From contig JBFWJS010000005.1 of the NCBI GenBank assembly GCA_050253075.1, forward strand, positions 115,237-179,236: DNA of 64,000 nt, written 5' to 3'. Numbering within the stretch: the first letter of the stretch is position 1; the number at the start of each line of letters is the position of its first letter. The position numbers and the translations under genes are program-made. Source of the DNA: Deferribacterales bacterium (GTDB taxonomy: Bacteria > Chrysiogenota > Deferribacteres > Deferribacterales > Geovibrionaceae). Shown in pieces: positions 60,360 through 64,000 of this stretch. The notes beneath the pieces are model-generated. The model worked only from the letters and a program-made list of their open reading frames with translations, searched no databases and was not told where the DNA came from.

Positions 60360-60730
60360 TGAAGACAGCTCAGGAGATAAAGCAGGCGATAGCCGACTCG
60401 CTGAATACCTGCGGCGTGTTCGACTCTGTGCTGACACCGTCCGACAACCGAAAGGATGCGACCATAATGCGTGAGCCGTCTGCTGCGGTCTATTACAGCG
60501 GATGCGTGATAAGGGACGATAACGGCGTGCAGGTGACAGAATACGCATACATCATACGCATGAAGTTCCTGAAAATAGGCGTAAACGAAACAGCCGACGA
60601 CATAGAACTCGCCGTTAACGCCCTGAAAGAGCTGGAGCCCGCATCCCTCGCCCAGTCGGGCAAAACAGACACAAACAGCAGATCGGCATCATACACCATA
60701 GACATAACATTTGCGGGGTGCAGGGGATGA
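60359..60730 (+). CDS. probable tail completion/terminator protein (gp37-like)
   Basis: TGATG-coupled start MKTAQEIKQAIADSL; PSAAVYYSG; position in the operon. Confidence 0.55.
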   Translation: MKTAQEIKQAIADSLNTCGVFDSVLTPSDNRKDATIMREPSAAVYYSGCVIRDDNGVQVTEYAYIIRMKFLKIGVNETADDIELAVNALKELEPASLAQSGKTDTNSRSASYTIDITFAGCRG

Positions 60731-61095
60731 TACGCATATCAGACATAACACTCCCAAAGTCCGCAGTGTGGGCAAACGAGATATCAAACAGCACACATAA
60801 AACCGAGCGGACAGCATGCCCCTACGGGACAGAAGTCATCTTTGCAGACATACAGGATGCTGAGATAGACATATACATACCAAAGATATCTGGCGAGCTG
60901 ACCCGTGCGGACGTGCAGAGGCTGAAAGCTCTAGCAGACGGCACAAACGAGATAAGCATAAACATAAACGGCACAGACAAAACGTGCGTCTTCAGGCATT
61001 CGGACACCGCACTCGACCTGCACCCGATAAGCCCGAAACAGACACAAACGCACACCGACAGCTACTACGGATATATAAGGCTTCTGGAGGTTTAA
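60727..61095 (+). CDS. tail-tip (distal-tail-like) protein of Mu-like siphophage type
   Basis: ATGA-coupled start MIRISDITLPKSAVWANE...TRADVQRLKALAD...VFRH...IRLLEV. Confidence 0.55.
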   Translation: MIRISDITLPKSAVWANEISNSTHKTERTACPYGTEVIFADIQDAEIDIYIPKISGELTRADVQRLKALADGTNEISININGTDKTCVFRHSDTALDLHPISPKQTQTHTDSYYGYIRLLEV

Positions 61096-62064
61096 ATGAA
61101 TCAGACAGACATAAAAATACTGAAAGCAGAAACGATAACAGACGACAGCATAAACGGCGGGAGGGTCAGCTTCGCCTCTGAGGTGATCAGCGGAGTGAAG
61201 TTTAACCTGTTCCCCAGAGTGACATCATCCGAAAGGGACAGTGGAGTGACAAGATACCGTAAGGCCTTCATCGGCAACATGAACCCGCTGGGCGAGACGG
61301 CATACGGCGCATCTGTCGCCATCAGTACCCCCGGCAACGGCGAAGACAGGTTCTATATAAAGCAGGGAACACACTCAGACACACAGGACGACCTGACATC
61401 GGACGGATGGACAGGATGCGGAACGCTGGCATACACGGCATCCGCTGGGGACACATCCATACAGGTAATTTTTAAATCCAGCGACTACGCCATCCCCGAG
61501 GGCGCTATGCTCATAATCAAAGATGATCTGGAAAACACCGTGAACATACGCACATCGGCATCGGCACCGTGCGCAGAGTGGAACGGCACAACGGCGACAA
61601 TACAGCTCGAATCCCAGCTCCCAGACGGATTCTCTTCATACAGCACACACGTGGGCGTGATGATAGAAACGGGCGACCTAGCTCCTGAGATGACTGACAT
61701 ATCGGTATCATCCTCATCAGGCACATTCGACGAGAGCATCGTAACCCTCTATAACGGCGGAACAATAGCGGACACATACTCAGTCACATTCGACAGTGCA
61801 TTCAGCTTTGCCGTGTCGGGTGCGGAAACAGGCGCACTGGCATCGGGCACCACAGGCTCCGCATATGAGCCGTCTAACCCGCAGACAAACAAACCTTATT
61901 TCAGCATACCTTCTGAAAGCTGGTCGGGGATATTCGAAGCTGGCGACACTGTGACATTCACCACTGCGCCTTCGTGTGCTGGCTTCTGGATAAAAGAGGC
62001 TGTCCCCGCAGGGTGCGCACACGAGCCGAACAACAGCTTCAATCTGGACTGGATGATAGATTAG
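61096..62064 (+). CDS. phage tail/baseplate structural protein
   Basis: N-terminus DIKILKAETITDD...GGR...EVISGVKFNLFPRV...ER..G...RKAF resembles tail proteins of transposable siphophages as I recall them. Confidence 0.65.
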   Translation: MNQTDIKILKAETITDDSINGGRVSFASEVISGVKFNLFPRVTSSERDSGVTRYRKAFIGNMNPLGETAYGASVAISTPGNGEDRFYIKQGTHSDTQDDLTSDGWTGCGTLAYTASAGDTSIQVIFKSSDYAIPEGAMLIIKDDLENTVNIRTSASAPCAEWNGTTATIQLESQLPDGFSSYSTHVGVMIETGDLAPEMTDISVSSSSGTFDESIVTLYNGGTIADTYSVTFDSAFSFAVSGAETGALASGTTGSAYEPSNPQTNKPYFSIPSESWSGIFEAGDTVTFTTAPSCAGFWIKEAVPAGCAHEPNNSFNLDWMID

Positions 62065-62071
62065 GTGACAC

Positions 62072-63301
62072 ATGGCTAACCTTACATACGCGAATTTCGC
62101 ACTATCAAAGCTGACACAGGCACTCTCTGCATCGGGCACAGCCGTACACATAGCAGACGACGCCCTCTTCCCCGACGGATACTTCACCGCCGTGATATGG
62201 AGCGCAGGGGTCGGCTCACCTCTGGAGGATGCAGACAGCGAGCTGCTGACGCTGATGCGCACATCCGCAGGAGTTTTCGAAGCGGTGCGGGGAGATGAAG
62301 GGACAACTGCCCGTGACTGGGCGCAGGATTCCCTGATAGCAAACGTGGTGACGGCGGAAACTATGGAATACATATACTCCGCAGCTGGGAACACGGCATC
62401 CGTCACCGTGATGTCCGACACCGCATACACCATGGAAAGGGACGACACAAAGATGCTGTGTACATTCACCCCCGCAGAGGGGGAAAAGTCTGTCACCCTC
62501 CCCGCATCGGATGTGTGTGAAGGGCTGACATATACGATACTCAACAGAGGCATATATCCGCATCAGACACTAAAGCTATATCCGAACGCATCCGACGGAT
62601 ATGCACATACTGCCGAAGGATACATAAGCATACCTTCGGGCGGGTCTGCACAGCTTATACACAGCGATGACGGATGGGTCGTCATATCAGCAAACGCCGA
62701 CAGCTACAAAAACCTGCGCATAATAGACGAAGACATGCCGAGCGTATCATTCGGCGAGGGCACACTGTATGCAGACACATCGGCAGAGGATATAAACATC
62801 ACCCTCCCCTCGGCAAAGGAATACTGCGGTGTCCCCCTCAAGATATATAAATTCTCCGACGACGCAAACAAGGTGATCATCAGCGGATACGAAGGGGACA
62901 GCACCCCCGTAGAGCTGACGGAGCAGTGGCAGTCCGCCGTGTTTGTCATGAGCCAGAGCGGGACAGTATATATGACAGACGGTCCGCAGGCTTCAGCACC
63001 TTCATCAGGGACATCCGAGGGGGACGTGATCTTCCTGTCTGAAAACAGGTTCCTCGACGGCAGCGAACGCTTCATCTTCGTGACGACAGGGTCAGTGGGG
63101 ATACACTCATACCTGCCCGAGCCGAGCGCACACACGGGAAAGATGGTAACGGTGAAGAAGATAGACTCTGGCTCAGGCGTTGCCATCATCTTCCCCATAG
63201 ACAGCACAATAGACGGTGCAGCAGACTTGGTGGAGCTCACACAGCAGTGGCAGTACGCCACATTTGCCTGCGGCGGAGACGGCTGGTACAGGGTAGGCTG
63301 A
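62072..63301 (+). CDS. tail fibre / receptor-binding-like protein with three internal repeats
   Basis: N-terminal ANFA.S.L...FP...VRGDEGTTARDW anchor; three TLP/YLP...G...W domains. Confidence 0.62.
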   Translation: MANLTYANFALSKLTQALSASGTAVHIADDALFPDGYFTAVIWSAGVGSPLEDADSELLTLMRTSAGVFEAVRGDEGTTARDWAQDSLIANVVTAETMEYIYSAAGNTASVTVMSDTAYTMERDDTKMLCTFTPAEGEKSVTLPASDVCEGLTYTILNRGIYPHQTLKLYPNASDGYAHTAEGYISIPSGGSAQLIHSDDGWVVISANADSYKNLRIIDEDMPSVSFGEGTLYADTSAEDINITLPSAKEYCGVPLKIYKFSDDANKVIISGYEGDSTPVELTEQWQSAVFVMSQSGTVYMTDGPQASAPSSGTSEGDVIFLSENRFLDGSERFIFVTTGSVGIHSYLPEPSAHTGKMVTVKKIDSGSGVAIIFPIDSTIDGAADLVELTQQWQYATFACGGDGWYRVG

Positions 63302-63302
63302 T

Positions 63303-64000
63303 ATGTTTATACAATGCGGAGCACCGCTTTTAAACATATCTCTGTCCTCACAGTCAGGGCTGAACGGCAGTCTGAGCATCACAGCCCCCTTTGTGATAGA
63401 CGGCAGTGTGGAGCTTGCCTCCGCACTGTCCATTTCGGACAGCCTGAACCTGCCTATACCGGAGGGGCTGAACGGCGAGCTGTTGATATACGCACTCTTT
63501 GCCGAGGTATACAGAGGCTCGGATAATATCCCCGTCAGTCTGTCTGCTATGGATGAAGCCACTGTCGCCTGTAATACGGTGAACGCACTCGCCCTTGATG
63601 GAGCCGTATCTATATCCTCAGAGCTGGCAGAAGCCTTTGAGGGCAGTCTGACATCCTTAAACACCATAGGCGAGTATGCACTCAGAGCATCAACTGACAT
63701 CAGGATACCGTTCGGGCTGTATGACACATCAGGAAGCTGTGAAATACGCCTTCCCCAAACCACAGCCCACGTCATAAAGGACGAGCTGGAAGTATATGCA
63801 GACGGCATCGACATCACAAAGCTGTTAAGGAGCGCAGAGATAAAACTCTTCGGCGGAAATGAACCGATCAGGCTGAAAGCATTGCTGAAACCTCTGAAAA
63901 ATACGCCGAAGTACATCGACATCTTCATCAACGGTGAGGCATACGCCTTCCGCATTGATACGGCGGAGCATTCCTCTGAGCAGTGCACCCTGACTGGCAG
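63303..64000 (+). CDS. further phage tail-region protein (partial; runs off the right edge)
   Basis: ATG 63303 immediately after the previous stop (MFIQCGAPLLNISLSSQSG...); the frame appears open to the window end. Confidence 0.55.
   Translation, partial: MFIQCGAPLLNISLSSQSGLNGSLSITAPFVIDGSVELASALSISDSLNLPIPEGLNGELLIYALFAEVYRGSDNIPVSLSAMDEATVACNTVNALALDGAVSISSELAEAFEGSLTSLNTIGEYALRASTDIRIPFGLYDTSGSCEIRLPQTTAHVIKDELEVYADGIDITKLLRSAEIKLFGGNEPIRLKALLKPLKNTPKYIDIFINGEAYAFRIDTAEHSSEQCTLTG

Noticed and set aside
62780..63260. Diversity-generating retroelement TR/VR pair in the fibre gene
   Set aside because: The similarity is protein-level domain repetition with short DNA identity, with no adenine-specific pattern and no reverse transcriptase.
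63330..63339. Third TTAAACATAT occurrence
   Set aside because: It is inside a coding region and lacks the upstream GTTTC and the downstream -10 element at the conserved spacing; probably chance.
44964..64000. A single intact, inducible prophage
   Set aside because: ftsY, the ROK kinase, the SplB-like gene and the TPR gene lie between the modules, orientations conflict, and no integrase, transposase, replication gene or att repeat is visible. Genes beyond 64000 cannot be assessed.

Overview
Chromosomal window from a diderm anaerobe. The gene repertoire and protein style suggest Deferribacterota (Denitrovibrio/Seleniivibrio-like); this is inference, not a database result. Left part: signalling and surface genes (PAS histidine kinase and CheC, ModE-controlled ModA-like protein, a degenerate 5'-nucleotidase with a diguanylate cyclase, an ELWxxDGT lipoprotein), tRNA-Ala(GGC), an AraC regulator/aminotransferase pair and YitT. 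Centre: the dcw cluster mraZ-rsmH-ftsL-ftsI-murE-murF-mraY-murD-ftsW-murG-murC-ddl-ftsQ-ftsA-ftsZ (no murB) on the minus strand, then an MCP, mazG, FapA/PAS genes and smc. Right part, the most notable: phage-derived genes split into three modules interleaved with housekeeping genes. These are a packaging module (terS-terL-DUF935 portal, 44964-47919), a lambda-like switch (XRE repressor and HTH_17 protein, with four evenly spaced ACA-N9-TGT operators, 53648-54371) and a Mu-like head/tail-tip operon (57876 to the window end). The two structural modules share an identically spaced 54-bp upstream motif. No integrase, transposase, replication, lysis, tail-tube or tape-measure genes are seen in the window. 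The best interpretation is a domesticated, gene-transfer-agent-like system. Other oddities: three paralogous Fic-wHTH genes (two lack the catalytic His), an orphan IetS-like S8 protease with an in-frame stop, a DnaA-box cluster, non-canonical MraZ boxes, a short SMC hinge and a family of GTCAT...ATGAC palindromic repeats.
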